This document shows positions 19,701 to 31,157 of a DNA stretch of 64,000 nt, in pieces. Numbering within the stretch: the first letter of the stretch is position 1; the number at the start of each line of letters is the position of its first letter. The stretch lies in NCBI GenBank assembly GCA_963737905.1, contig CAVTUQ010000002.1, positions 352,001 to 416,000 on the forward strand. The letters run 5' to 3'. Position numbers and translations under genes: made by a program. The DNA is from an uncultured delta proteobacterium. Lineage in GTDB: Bacteria; Desulfobacterota; Binatia; UBA9968. The notes beneath the pieces were generated by a model that worked only from the letters and a program-made list of their open reading frames with translations, was not told the origin of the DNA and made no database searches.

Positions 19701-22370
19701 ATGACCGGCTTGTCGAAATTTAATACAAGGTACACATCCGGGGTTACAACCGGGACCTTCGGAATAGCGGTAGGAACTTCTGCTCCTGAATAGAGTCCGT
19801 CAACATCAATGACGTATTTACTGTATTTGGGTATGTCCCAGTTTTTGGTTACCTTGCGGTGTTCGATACCGAGAGAGAACGAAAGGGGAACCGGGAAACG
19901 TGGCTCATCCGTTTTCTCCCACTTCAATCTAATTGTCGCCTTGGGCTTACCAAGGGGCGTTTTGAGTTGAACTTGTAGATAAGCAAAAATATAGAGCGGC
20001 TTCGGCACTTCGACGGTAACGTTGGCTTCGACAGAAATCCCCAGGCTGACAATGCTCGCGCTGAGTTCCGCATTTCCATAGAGTGTCACGGAACCTCTCG
20101 CCTGAAACGGCATAGCGCTCACTCCCAGTTCGCCACCCATCCAGGCCTCGAGAACGACGCGCAAGATGCCGTACTTCTTATCCAGTCCGTAGCCGATCCA
20201 GGCGCCCATCAGCAGACCTTTGTTGTCCAGCATCAGGTAGGTCTGGGCTGTAAAAAAATTGAGGATATCTGCCCGGATCCTTTTTGATTCCGGTCTGTTC
20301 TCACCCAGGTAGAGATGCCAGCTACTGGGATCGGCGGCGCTAAAATAGGCCTCGGCAGCACCGGCAACATCCAGCAATTCACCGCTATCTTTGGGGAATC
20401 TATAGGATGCAGAGATGTTCATCAGGAATGTTCCGGCTCGGGGGTCAAAGACCGCCAATACCCGCAGGAGAAAATTCTCACTGACCGAAAGGATACCGGC
20501 ATGACCTTCGATCAAGAGCACAGGGCCTGGGATGAGTATGACAAACAACGCTTTGGCTTTTACTGCAAACTTCACATCGGGAAGGGTTCCCACGGTGAGT
20601 CCCGCGCCGAATGCCATGGCGTCTTTTTGTTTGATCGACTTGCCGGTAGAGGCTGGCATCAGTTAGATCGGGTCGATTGGCTGCATCCTCATAGTCAATG
20701 AGCGCCTGATAGTCGAGAGTCATATTCTGACCGTATAAACCGGCCAAACCATATAGTCCGAGAACGGGCGGCCCCAGCGGGATGCCGACGGGAAGGTCGA
20801 GGCCAACAGCGATGTAGAAGTAATTAAAATCGGGCTGTTTACCGGTTATGAACTGAGCATCCACTCCCAAATTGACCGGGATCAGATTCAGGTTTACGCC
20901 ACCACGGAATTCCTTGATGTATTCGGGTTCTTCTTCGTCAATGAAATAAACCGATCCGTCAAAAGTGAGCACATTTTTGATCTCGAACTGGAGATAAACG
21001 CCGCCAATCTTAAGCTTGAACTCCCCATCCCCAGCCCACATGATCTTGAGTCCTTCCACACCACCGCGTAAAGGAAGCGATTCGATAATCTGAATCCCGC
21101 CTGAGAAACCAATCCATTTGAACAGCTTGCCCTCCAGCTCGTCGCTGCCGAATCCCAACTTGGCGATCTCCACTTTAAAGCCATGGAAGTCCAGAGCTTT
21201 CTGGTCAGGTAACTCTATCCACCCCCCCTCGACTCTAACTGTTCCATCCGAACCGATTGTTAATCCTTTCAATTCGAAAGACGGCCAGTCGAGTCCGGCA
21301 AGCAAGGGTGTTACTTTGCCCGTAAGCTTGAACGCATACTCATTTCCTTCCTTGATGAATTCGACGCTGCTAACTTCGATGGAGACGACATTGTCTTTTT
21401 CCAGTACCAGCAATCCGTCGTTTGAAGCGAGAGTGACGGTAAAGTTGCCGTCGTTAATCAATCCAACTTCGACTTCCAGCGCTTCTTCGAAGAATGGCAG
21501 CTGGAGGAAGCCGGCGATGTTTCCCAAGACGATTGTGTTTTGTTTCAATTCGATCCCAACGCTTGTGGTTCGGAATTGAAATCCAAAAATATCGCCGGAC
21601 TTCTCATCGAAGGGGTTTTCGGGATCATCCGGCGTCCAATTGCCCGTAACCCTGCCGCAGAAGCCCCCGGAGCCGATGAAGAAATCTTCGAGCGTCACAT
21701 CGTCGGGCACAATACCCTTTAGCCCCTCGGGAAAGTGGATGATGCCATGCTCACGAAACTCGGCGGGCCAATCGGACGAAAAACCCTGGCAGTGCTCGCT
21801 CTTCTCGCAGAAAGGATTAGCTTAAGAGCAGTCACTTCATATAATGATACCGGTATCGCCTATCATGAACGGTTGAATCGTCAACGCAGGCGCGCCATCC
21901 GCAAACGTGAAAGCAAACTCGCCGTCGGAATTGAAACTTACCTCCGCGCCGTTAATGGCAATTTCGATAGGTGGCGGCTCTCCCGTGACAGGATCCGGTG
22001 GTGCTTCCACATAGTTGCCATCAAGCTTCTCCATCCGTTCGAACAACTCAGTTGAGACTCGCAACGCGACAGACAGGTTGCTAAGGGTAACGTCGAACCG
22101 GTCTCCGAAGTAACCAAATTCGAATTGAAACTCGGTATAATCGCCAGTGCTCAGCCAAGCCAATGACAGACCCGTTATCAATGGGAGATCAAATTCAATA
22201 CTCTCGAGTATCTGGAGGGTACCCTTTGCGACAAGGAGCTCGGAGCCCAAGGCAGTCGTTTCAAACTCTGGTAGTCCGATCGAATCGATTTGAGCTGGGA
22301 CGCCTAAGACGTTGCTCGGCCAGCCGGGCAGGAGAAATTTGACAGGCACAAAGTGGATCAGATCAGCCAC
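16762..22370 (-). CDS. Giant (~1870 aa reconstructed) beta-strand-rich hypothetical protein with a DUF6603-like central region; several frameshifts
   Basis: Overlapping same-strand ORFs 21837..22370, 20478..21710, 19409..20659 and 16762..19455 read through with small indels. Amphipathic beta strands 'FYIAVGLDLPVGIPLG...GLYGLAGLYG.NM', 'FGAGLTVGTLPD', 'ILIPGPVLLIEG', 'WHLYLG' resemble DUF6603-type proteins from memory. Confidence 0.65.
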
Positions 22371-22479
22371 TGACGTATCCTATTTTCAAGAACCCCATAA
22401 ACTTCTGCGTCGATACTACCGCTTGTCAAGAATTGCCAGCCATCCCAGATGAATCCTGTTCGAATAATCGGAGTTCATG

Positions 22480-24411
22480 TTAACGCACCTGGTCGGCATA
22501 ACGATTGTAGATTCTCGCCTGTTCCACGGAAATCAGTCTTCCTCGGTTAGGGGATTTCCCAGGAGCCATCAGATTGCCGCATAGTCGGTGATCGCCGTTG
22601 GTGCAGGTATCATGGGCGAAGTGCTCGGCGCCGCCAGTACAAAAAAAATCTCGTGCATCGCCGATGAAACTCAGACTTATCCAATGTCCCAACTCATGCA
22701 CCACCGTTTCCGCAACCGAAAAAAGATCCCCCTCATAGGAAGGATCAACCGCGGCGACGTTTACAAAATTGACTCGCCATAACTGGCCTAAGTCAGGCTT
22801 GGGATGAAAGGATTCACCCAACAATGTTCCTTCCTCCCGCAATTCCCAGCTAAAGACGAAATTACAATCTCCATACTCCGGAGTATCCGTAATATGCTTA
22901 TGCACTTTGTCCAATCCATAGCTCCAGACAGTGCCGGCTTCAAGCACCTCTCCCAGGTCGTCTTCGAAGGGGAGCGGATGCAGGACAACACCGTTTTCTT
23001 CAACTGGAGCGATATATACGTTGGCTTGCCTTCCAAGGATGTAATTGGCTATTTCAACCACTTGGCGAAGCTGAGCGTCGTTGATATTCGCCGTCCGAAA
23101 GTTGTCTGACAGTTGATGAAATCGGATCGGAATCTGCTTGAATTCCAAGAAGACCAGATTGAGTCTCATAATATCAATTGAAGCCCCAGTGTCCGGGTCG
23201 AGTGTGGTGACCGTTACGATGAGCTCATCCGGACTCATCGGTGTTGCCTGAAAGCTAATAAGTTCCTCCGTATCTGACAAGGACATCTGCTCAACTAGCA
23301 CGTGAGCAGAGTCAAAACCTGCCACCGTTAGAGGCGTGGGTAGGGGCTTTAGCAATCGCAAACCCGTGATCCCATAATCCACCGGAAGTGCGGTACCATT
23401 GACGTCGGAGGACGGAAGCTTTTGAATGACAAGCGCAGCTGGATGCTGGTCCGGATCAATCGCAATCGAGTGATAAGGAGGAGTTTCGCTAAACGGAAAG
23501 GGCAGCTGTTGTAACTGCAATTTGTATCGTCCCGAAAACGGTGACCCTTCTAGAAAGACATAGTCTACATAGGTAGCCTCCACGGGAAAACCAGTAAGAA
23601 GAGAAATCATGGGATGACCCTCATGATCTGGCAATCGTGTTCGATAGGTAAAAAAAGTCTTGACAGCTTCTTCGTTTTCAGCCCAACCGTCGAGGTCAAA
23701 AAATAGGCTCAGTCTCTGTGGTGCCGTAACGTTGGACGTGTCAGCCCTGGTCGTACCCAGGACTGCGCCACCCTGTACAATAATAGTGGCTTCTGGGTAC
23801 TCCAGAAATAAATCGTCATAATACGCATCCGTCCAAGACTTGGAGCCCGTGTACGTGTGTCCGGTGACTGATTTGTGAAGATCATCAAAGAAATTAACAT
23901 CATGAAAGGTTTCGATCTGTGTTTTCAGTGATGCTTGGTCAAGATCGAGGTTCAGATAGACGGCTTTTGTTAAAAAGGGTGCGAACTCAGGGTGAAAACT
24001 TCGCCAATAACTACGCGAGGATGGCAATGGCTCAAGGACGATTATGTCTTCATCCGGTACCGCAGAACCAAGTAAGTAGGGATAAGACTGGCCGCGTCTA
24101 AGGTAATACAGATAACCGCTGGTAAGCGCATAAACCGTCTGAGGTTGGTCTGTAGAGACCGTAAATCGGTATTCCGTAAAGGTATCGCTACCGAATAGAC
24201 GAGGCACGACCGTTAATTGCATCTGCTCGAGTTTCGACTTGTAGTAAGCCGAGGTGACTGAGTAATAGTTGTTGCTGTTGGCGGTCGAATCGGGTTCCAC
24301 CATCGGCATCGTATCGTAGCCACGTCGATCGCCGGAAGCTTCTTGCCTCAAAGGAGGGTATGCTAGTCGATTATCGTCAGATACAAGAAAAAGTAAGAAA
24401 GGTAGCGACAT
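22480..24411 (-). CDS. Hypothetical protein with C-terminal zinc-metalloprotease (metzincin-like) domain
   Basis: Intact 643 aa ORF, GAGG RBS; 'ETVVHELGHW' HExxH motif, further His residues and an 'NLM' Met-turn-like motif near the C-terminus. Confidence 0.7.
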   Translation of the reverse strand: MSLPFLLFLVSDDNRLAYPPLRQEASGDRRGYDTMPMVEPDSTANSNNYYSVTSAYYKSKLEQMQLTVVPRLFGSDTFTEYRFTVSTDQPQTVYALTSGYLYYLRRGQSYPYLLGSAVPDEDIIVLEPLPSSRSYWRSFHPEFAPFLTKAVYLNLDLDQASLKTQIETFHDVNFFDDLHKSVTGHTYTGSKSWTDAYYDDLFLEYPEATIIVQGGAVLGTTRADTSNVTAPQRLSLFFDLDGWAENEEAVKTFFTYRTRLPDHEGHPMISLLTGFPVEATYVDYVFLEGSPFSGRYKLQLQQLPFPFSETPPYHSIAIDPDQHPAALVIQKLPSSDVNGTALPVDYGITGLRLLKPLPTPLTVAGFDSAHVLVEQMSLSDTEELISFQATPMSPDELIVTVTTLDPDTGASIDIMRLNLVFLEFKQIPIRFHQLSDNFRTANINDAQLRQVVEIANYILGRQANVYIAPVEENGVVLHPLPFEDDLGEVLEAGTVWSYGLDKVHKHITDTPEYGDCNFVFSWELREEGTLLGESFHPKPDLGQLWRVNFVNVAAVDPSYEGDLFSVAETVVHELGHWISLSFIGDARDFFCTGGAEHFAHDTCTNGDHRLCGNLMAPGKSPNRGRLISVEQARIYNRYADQVR

Positions 24412-24425
24412 TGTCTTTCCTCTAT

Positions 24426-27400
24426 TTATTGGGCAGGACCAATGACAATCGAAGAGTCTGTTTTCGAAGTAAGTCCGCTATAGGATTTCGATTTTGCCGT
24501 GTACGTGTAAGTGCGATTTTGAAGCAGCGTTGGATCGAGAAAATACCTTTTATCTTCAACGTCGAGCGGTGAGCCCGATATCCAATCGCCACCGCGGGAC
24601 GAGATGATCAACCCGGCGAGCTTCAGAAGTGTTCTACCAGATAACTGGCTAGCCATACAAGCCTTATGGCTGGTAGCGGATTAGTCGCTCCTGTCAGGTC
24701 CGCATCCCACTCATATACCGTACCGTCGTCGTCCACATAGACCCACCCCGAATTTTCTTCATCCCACACCGGCGGTTCCGGCGGCGTGCAGATCATAGCT
24801 GCGATGGTGCCCGGCTGAATCTCGACCCGAGTTGCTTGCCGTGCATCCAGCCCTGCCGCGCCCAATCCGTAATAGTACGGTAGCCTTGGTAGGACGATGT
24901 TATCGATGAATTCAAACTGCTTCTGAGGCAAGGGGTCTGTAACTTCTACGGTATAAGTATCTATATCATTAGCCTTAAGTAGCTCCATCCGGCGCCAGTC
25001 TTTGGCTTTCTTCTTGTCCGGCGATCGAAAAGCAATAACTCGATATCCCGCCCGGGATTCTTCGCCCACTTGATCGTAATCCGGTTTTCTCTCCTGAAAT
25101 AGAGGTGATGACCGGTTCGGGTGGCACTGCGGTTTTCGGAATCTCAACCGGAGGCGTCGACAAACTTAAGACGCTTTGCAAGCCGTTCGTGTCCACCGCT
25201 TTTATTGCATAGAAATAGCGGTTGCTGCTTTGTCCATTCAGAGTTTGATCAACATATAACAATATGTTCGCGGGGTCAGGCGTATAGACCGGTCCCCGCA
25301 CCGGGTCGGGAATCTCAGTAATTCGGTCTTCATATAGAGGATCTTCTTCCTGTATGGCCTCTTCGTTTATCTTGGTGAACGCATTTACGTTGTCCGGCAG
25401 GCTGGCCAGTATTTGCAATTGACCGGGATCAAGCGCTGCGTAATGCGAAGCGATTAGTTTTGGATCTGTTTCATACGGAATATCCTCGATCACATCGACA
25501 TCTGCCGGATCAAAGTTCGAGTAGTTGTTTTTGAACTGCTCGTAGACGGTGAGATTCCGGATCGGCCGTAATGCGTTGTCTACACGAAACAAGGTCTCAT
25601 CTAATGCGCGGAAGACGTGGTACGTCACGCCGGTATTTGTTTTTCTCCAGCGGAGAGCAAATGATGACTTGCCGTGAACATTGGCTCGCGTGGCTTTTAA
25701 GGTTTGAATCGGTGTATCCGGCAATGGCGCAAAAACCGCGGGAGCAGCAGGCTTTTCGCGGTAAACCGCCATAATCGTCGAGGCTGTGGAAACACTGCCG
25801 AGCACATCACCGACAAAAGAGTTGACGCCGATCTGGGCATATCTCACTTTGTTGACGTCAGTGGCCTCTATGACCGGATTCGGAAAATCCGGATCTTCGA
25901 TGTAGACGCTATAGTTATCTCTGGAATCTTTCGGCTCTTGATGAGTGATGCGATTATCCGTCCAGCGCTCCGGGTTTTTGTAGTTGATGAAAAATTCTTT
26001 GTCGGGAGTAACAGCGATGCCGAAGCCTTTGCCTTTCAAAGGAACATCGGCCAGTTTCAATACCCAAAGCGAGGGCTCTGACTCACCGTCGTTTTTCAGA
26101 ATCAAAAAGCTGTGATTTCCCTGGGTGATCCAGCACAAGCGGAAAGCGTTTTAAGAAGGATGTCTCTTTCTCTATTTCCTCTCGTTATGGGAATCGGTTC
26201 ATGCAACGGAGGCGGATATACGTCCAGCGAAATCCGGTATCTATAAACCGGAATATCTTCGGGCGTTTCCTCAAGTAGCGCATACTTCTCAAGTTCTCTC
26301 CGGCTGAGGTTCAGGCTCGTTTTTGTCAGAACTCTTTCGACCGGCTCAGTCACAATCATGCCGGTATAGGTATTTAACCATCCCTGCTTGAAGTAAACAT
26401 TGAAACCTTCCACGTCGGGGGCCTGGAGCCGTAAATTTTCCGGCCATTTCCAACGGACGACAATGGCATTTTTTCTGTTCGCTCGAAGCCAGGCTTTGTC
26501 AACGTTGTTAATCGTAGAGTCGGCACACGAGTCTTCCGAAGGATTATATGTGCCATACTCGAGGAATTGAGCCGCAACATCGATAGGGGGAGGCGGTCTA
26601 GGAGGGGTCAACTCATACGTTTCAAACTCGTTGAACTCACTTTGCCGGCCAAAAAGGTCAATGGCAGCAATTCGGTACTGGTTCACGGTTCCTATTGTAA
26701 TCGCATCCGTATAATACTGCCGCTCATTGGGCCATCCGATGGGAATGTTGCGCTCGCTACTTTCTGTGACCGTAGGGTCGACAAAGCCCGTGAATGTTGT
26801 GCCGCAACAGCTGCCGGCGTTACCTGTTTGCGCTCGATGTGATATAAAATCGGTGCTATAGAAATCAGCTCCTTCTCCGGGTCTTCGTTCACATCCCATC
26901 TTAATCCGGCAAGATAGGGGTTTTCGGTAACATTTCCATCCTGATCCGTAACCGTGCCGCCGGCGAGAAACGATGCTGTTAACCCGGTAGGCGGTGTGAG
27001 GGGCAAGTGTGTATGTTTAAATACGCCGCATATTATGTAGTCTTGCAGTCCCACCGGATAGGGATCGAAATCGTAATGGATGCGGCAAAGAATTGCATGG
27101 GATGCATGGATGTTGATGTAGTCAATTTGCTCCGCCCGCAGGCGCAACATACCCCGTTCCAGGGATAGAACTTGCCGATCCACCCAAGCTGAAAAAAGAT
27201 GTTTGTAGGCTTCTACGACAACTTGGTTCCCCGCCGTGAAATCGGGGTTTACCATTACCAGTTGCACCTCTGTGACCGGTTTTAAGAAATTGATGACGAC
27301 GGGTAGGTTTTCCGTTGTGACGTCCAAGCCCAGCTCGGTTCTGAAAAGCGGATAGGCTGATTCGACGATCTGGGGTTGTCTTGGGGCATAAAGAACAACG

Positions 27401-28492
27401 TGGTCGTCCAGCTTGCTTATGAGAAAGAAGGTCTGCCCGATTTCGTAATCATCGAATGTGATTTCATGATCGAGCCTTCGTTTGTTCCATTCAGGCCAAT
27501 CTGAGGTTATCTTGTAATCATAATAAGCATCGTTATCCGTATCCTTGTCCACGAAATACAAATCCAGCACTCTGGCAAAAAATACGTGTAAACTCTGAGC
27601 CAGAAGAAAATCGTACTTGGAGAGCTCCATCGTTTCATCGCTAGCCTCATCATCGTTGGGGAACAGCGTCCAGCCAACGGGCACACAGTGCCACCATTGT
27701 CCATGTAACCAAAGACGCTTTCAGTTCGAGGAACCCTGCCGCCGTTATGGGGCTATTCGCCACCCTCAGATAGCCCAGCCTGCACAGAGCGGTTGCCAGA
27801 TCTCTGCCTATGATTGATGGATAAACATCGTTTACATAATCCGTTCCTTCCTGATTGACGGGTAAACCGCATCCGCAAAGCTGGTTGATCCGCTCCCAAG
27901 GTCCCTTCTCTACACAAGTCCAACCTGCGAGGTGTACCAGCTTAATAGCGGCTCCGCGCAGCACGATTCCGGTTGCATTTGGGGCGTCAAACGAAATGTT
28001 TTGTAAGCCTGTGACAGTACCCTGAACATCATAGGGGTAAAAGGCGGCGTCTTCCGAAAGCGCCTTGATTTTGAATTCGGAGTTCCGTTCAAGTAAGAAT
28101 CTCAGTTCTATCCTTGAAACAGCCTTTGAAAAAAGGAAGGTAATTTCTCCGTCTATAGGAATGACTCCAACCGTAGAACCATCCTCCAGGGTCTCGTACT
28201 GAAGCCCAATTGAATCAACCTCCTGTTCATCAATTTTTGCCGAAACAATCTTGAATTCGAAAACCGTATTCTGATGTAGTTGAAACGTATAAGGGATAGG
28301 CAGCACTTGCACACCTGCCCTGGCGACCGGGAAGACATATTTGTTGTTGAGATCGCTCTCCCGCCGATAAAGCTTGAAGCAATCGGGAAAGCCGAGTTTA
28401 TCATTGAACGACCAGCGCAGATGGATTCCTTCTTCAACTCCATCCAATCCTTTCGTACCAAAACCAATCATTTTCAGATATTGCATTTTCAT
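24426..28492 (-). CDS. Large (~1350 aa reconstructed) hypothetical protein with several fibronectin-III-like segments; at least five frameshifts
   Basis: Chain of overlapping ORFs 27650..28492, 26692..27684, 26102..26899, 24975..26138, 24623..25147, 24426..24656; FN3-like motifs 'GIHLRWSF...LYRR', 'PPTGLTA...LRW', 'YRIAAIDLFGRQS', 'YFYAIKAVDTNGLQS', 'YTYTAKSKSYSGLTS'. Confidence 0.65.
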
Positions 28493-29156
28493 TGATCGCG
28501 CCTACTCCGATTCACGACTTGCCGACACTTCTGTACTTTGTCTATGTAAGGCGTTTGTATCCTCAAAGCTTGCAACCAATCAAGGGAATGTATCTATATT
28601 CCTGCTTGAATCTTGTGTACTTTGCCGCGGCTAGTTCCTAGCTGAGGATTTTTTATTTTGGCACTGTTCACTTCTTCTGGACGAGATGAGTATACGAGTA
28701 GTGGAACAGGTTGGACCAACCGTAACGGCGGCACAGACAATTTTTAAGTGCCACCGCCTCGGCGCGTGCCGATAGGTCGGCACACTCTCTTTCGTCACGA
28801 CATCCTCAATCCCAAATCGATCTAGTCGCCTTCTTGAACCCTACTCCTTGCAGTCACTCTTTCAACGTCGATATCCTGGCATCAGTCGTGGGCTTACAGG
28901 ATTAGAAATTAGAGAGGAATCCAATAAAGATCAGAATTTTAGGGTTAGCAGTGTCGGTTTTGACGTGAACAATGCCCCGCCCCTGTGGGGGCATCAAATG
29001 TAAAGAAGCGTTAGAACCACGCGCTCCAGTCCCCGCCTCCTGTTGGCTCACGCCAGGTAGATCCGCGTATCCCGCGAATTGCCGGTTTGGTGTTTGTGCC
29101 GTGGTCGCCATCATCGCACACGTTTCTCCTTTCTCAATCCTCCCGCCCCGCCGTCA

Positions 29157-29924
29157 CTAATTAACCTTCGTCGGCCGATAAAACTCGATCGCGTTTTTGT
29201 AGAAAACATTGGCTGCCTGTTCTTCTCCCAATGTCTCCAGAACCAGCGTGTAATCGTCATCTTGATAGGGCCTCGGCGCCCGGGTGGACGGTAGGTCGGT
29301 ACCGAACATGAGCGCCCGCGAATTGGCCGCGTAGAGGTCAGTCAGCGCGGAGCGGACGTCAAAGTCTACTCGTCCAAAGCCGGTGGCTTTGACCCGTACA
29401 CCCTTTGCCGCGAGTTTGAGCAGCGTTGGGAAACCCGCTTTGGATAGACCGAGATGGTCGATGCTGACTGCCGGCAACGACACCAGGGTCTCATAGAGAT
29501 CGGCCAGCTCCGCCGAATCCACATACAACTCGGTGTGCCAGCCGACCAGTTCATGAACGCGCCGCGCCATGCTTTCCAGATGATGAATCTCTTCCGAGCC
29601 GCCGCGCTTGACGTTGAAACGGACGGCGCGAACCCCTGCGCTGTTGAGTACTTTCAACTCTTGATCCGAAACGGTCTGCGGCACCTGGGTGACACCGACA
29701 AAGGTCGGCCCAAGCACTTTCAAAGCATGGAATAGATAAGACTGATCGAAAGCCTGAAAAGAGCCGGACACCACAGCCCCACCGCATAGATCGACCACTT
29801 TCAAGCGCTCTAAATAATCCTCGCAAGTAAACGGATCGGGCATGAATCCTTGATTGGGCACGACGGGAAAGTTCTTGTCGATGATATGAAAATGGCAATC
29901 AAAATATTTGGCTTTCTGTTTCAA
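29157..29924 (-). CDS. Amidohydrolase, 2-pyrone-4,6-dicarboxylate lactonase-like
   Basis: 'FDCHFHI', 'AGVRAVRFN', 'SIDHLG', 'VKATGFGR', 'LMFGTDLP'. Confidence 0.85.
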   Translation of the reverse strand: MKQKAKYFDCHFHIIDKNFPVVPNQGFMPDPFTCEDYLERLKVVDLCGGAVVSGSFQAFDQSYLFHALKVLGPTFVGVTQVPQTVSDQELKVLNSAGVRAVRFNVKRGGSEEIHHLESMARRVHELVGWHTELYVDSAELADLYETLVSLPAVSIDHLGLSKAGFPTLLKLAAKGVRVKATGFGRVDFDVRSALTDLYAANSRALMFGTDLPSTRAPRPYQDDDYTLVLETLGEEQAANVFYKNAIEFYRPTKVN

Positions 29925-29961
29925 CGAATTCTCCTCTCAAAGTGCGCCCAGGGCGTAGTCT

Positions 29962-31128
29962 TTACGGCCACAGTTCCTTCGTCGCCAGTTCCGCCCCCTC
30001 CGCCAACGCCTTGAGCTTCGCCCACTGGATCGACGGATGAACCTTGGCGCTGAAGGGGCCTTGGGAAAAGCCGCAGTCGGTGCCGGCAAGCACGTTTTCC
30101 CGCCCGACGAGTTTGGCAAGCCGCACGATGCGCTGCGCCACCAGCTCGGGATGCTCGATCAAATTGGTCGCATGGGTGACAACGCCGGGGATGAGCACCG
30201 TTCCCTCCGGCAGCTTGACGTCCTGCCACACCTTCCATTCATGCTCATGCCGCACGTTCGCCGCTTCGAACAGATAGGCACCCGCCTTGACCTTCAGGAA
30301 TAGTGACTGGATATGTTTGATGGGGATATCCGTGCTATGCGGCCCATGCCAGCTGCCCCAGCAGATATGGTAGCGGATGCGATCTCGCGGAATGTCCGCC
30401 AGCGCATAATTGGTCGCTTCGATCCGCGTTTCACAAAATTTCTGAAATTCTTTCAGATCGATGTCGGGCAACCATTGGTCCCAACGCGCGGTAATCCACG
30501 GATCGTCCAATTGGACCAGAAAGCCGGCGTCGACAATCGCCCTATACTCCTGCTTGAGCGCGTCGGCAATGGCGTAAAGATACGCTTCCTGACTCGGGTA
30601 GTATTCGTTGCGGCGGTCCGTCTCCACGGTAATCGGCGCGGCCACCGGCATGAACGCTTCTGCCACGCTTACGCCCGCGAGCGCCGCCTTGAAATTATCG
30701 ATATCGGTCTGGAGAAGAGTCGGATCGTAGGTGATCGGTCCCGTGCACACCCATTTCACGCTCACCGGGCGATGGGATCGCGTAAGGCGGTCATACTCTC
30801 GATAGAAGTCGGCGAAGTCCCTGCGGTCCTTGCCCCTCGATACGCCGGACTCGCCGGGATTGCCCGGGCGGCGTTCAAATCCGGTAAGCCGTTCATTAAT
30901 ATAAACCGCGAAGCCCGACTTGCCGAACTCTCCGTCGCTGACGACGTCGATGCCAACTTCGGCCTGCCTCTGCACGACCTCCGCTACACCTTTCCGTAAG
31001 CTCTCAGCAAAGCTTTCCCGGTCGTAGGTCTCTTGGTTTACCCTGGCTCGCATGGCATCGATAATTTCCACCGGACGCGTCAGGCTGCCGACGTGGGTCG
31101 TGAGAATTCTTTCCACGCTGCGCTTCAT
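29962..31128 (-). CDS. Cobalamin-independent methionine synthase II (single-domain MetE-like) family protein
   Basis: 'ILTTHVGSLTRP', 'SDGEFGK', 'HICWG', 'FEAAN.RH.HEW', 'IEHPELVAQRI', 'GTDCGF'. Confidence 0.9.
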   Translation of the reverse strand: MKRSVERILTTHVGSLTRPVEIIDAMRARVNQETYDRESFAESLRKGVAEVVQRQAEVGIDVVSDGEFGKSGFAVYINERLTGFERRPGNPGESGVSRGKDRRDFADFYREYDRLTRSHRPVSVKWVCTGPITYDPTLLQTDIDNFKAALAGVSVAEAFMPVAAPITVETDRRNEYYPSQEAYLYAIADALKQEYRAIVDAGFLVQLDDPWITARWDQWLPDIDLKEFQKFCETRIEATNYALADIPRDRIRYHICWGSWHGPHSTDIPIKHIQSLFLKVKAGAYLFEAANVRHEHEWKVWQDVKLPEGTVLIPGVVTHATNLIEHPELVAQRIVRLAKLVGRENVLAGTDCGFSQGPFSAKVHPSIQWAKLKALAEGAELATKELWP

Positions 31129-31157
31129 AGCTATACGTTCCCTGCCGCTCAAAGTTT

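Larger units (their letters stand above)
16762..28492 (-). mobile_element. Putative horizontally acquired island carrying three large hypothetical genes
   Basis: Visibly AT-richer than the flanking GC-rich metabolic genes (estimated by eye), unrelated gene content, long non-coding flanks (about 16.3-16.76 kb and 28.5-29.1 kb). No integrase, transposase or att repeats seen. Confidence 0.55.

Noticed and set aside
21837-21839. TGA in the giant island gene as a second selenocysteine or read-through codon
   Set aside because: The same frame stops again a few codons later and the protein continues in another frame; no Cys context or SECIS, so it is an indel effect.
16762-28492. Prophage, contractile injection system or Tc/Rhs toxin locus
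   Set aside because: No sheath, tube, baseplate, VgrG/PAAR, terminase, capsid or YD-repeat motifs recognised in any frame.
28940-29020. GTTAG motifs as integron attC sites bounding the island
   Set aside because: No matched RYYYAAC...GTTRRRY pair with internal symmetry, no integrase, and the genes are far larger than typical cassettes.
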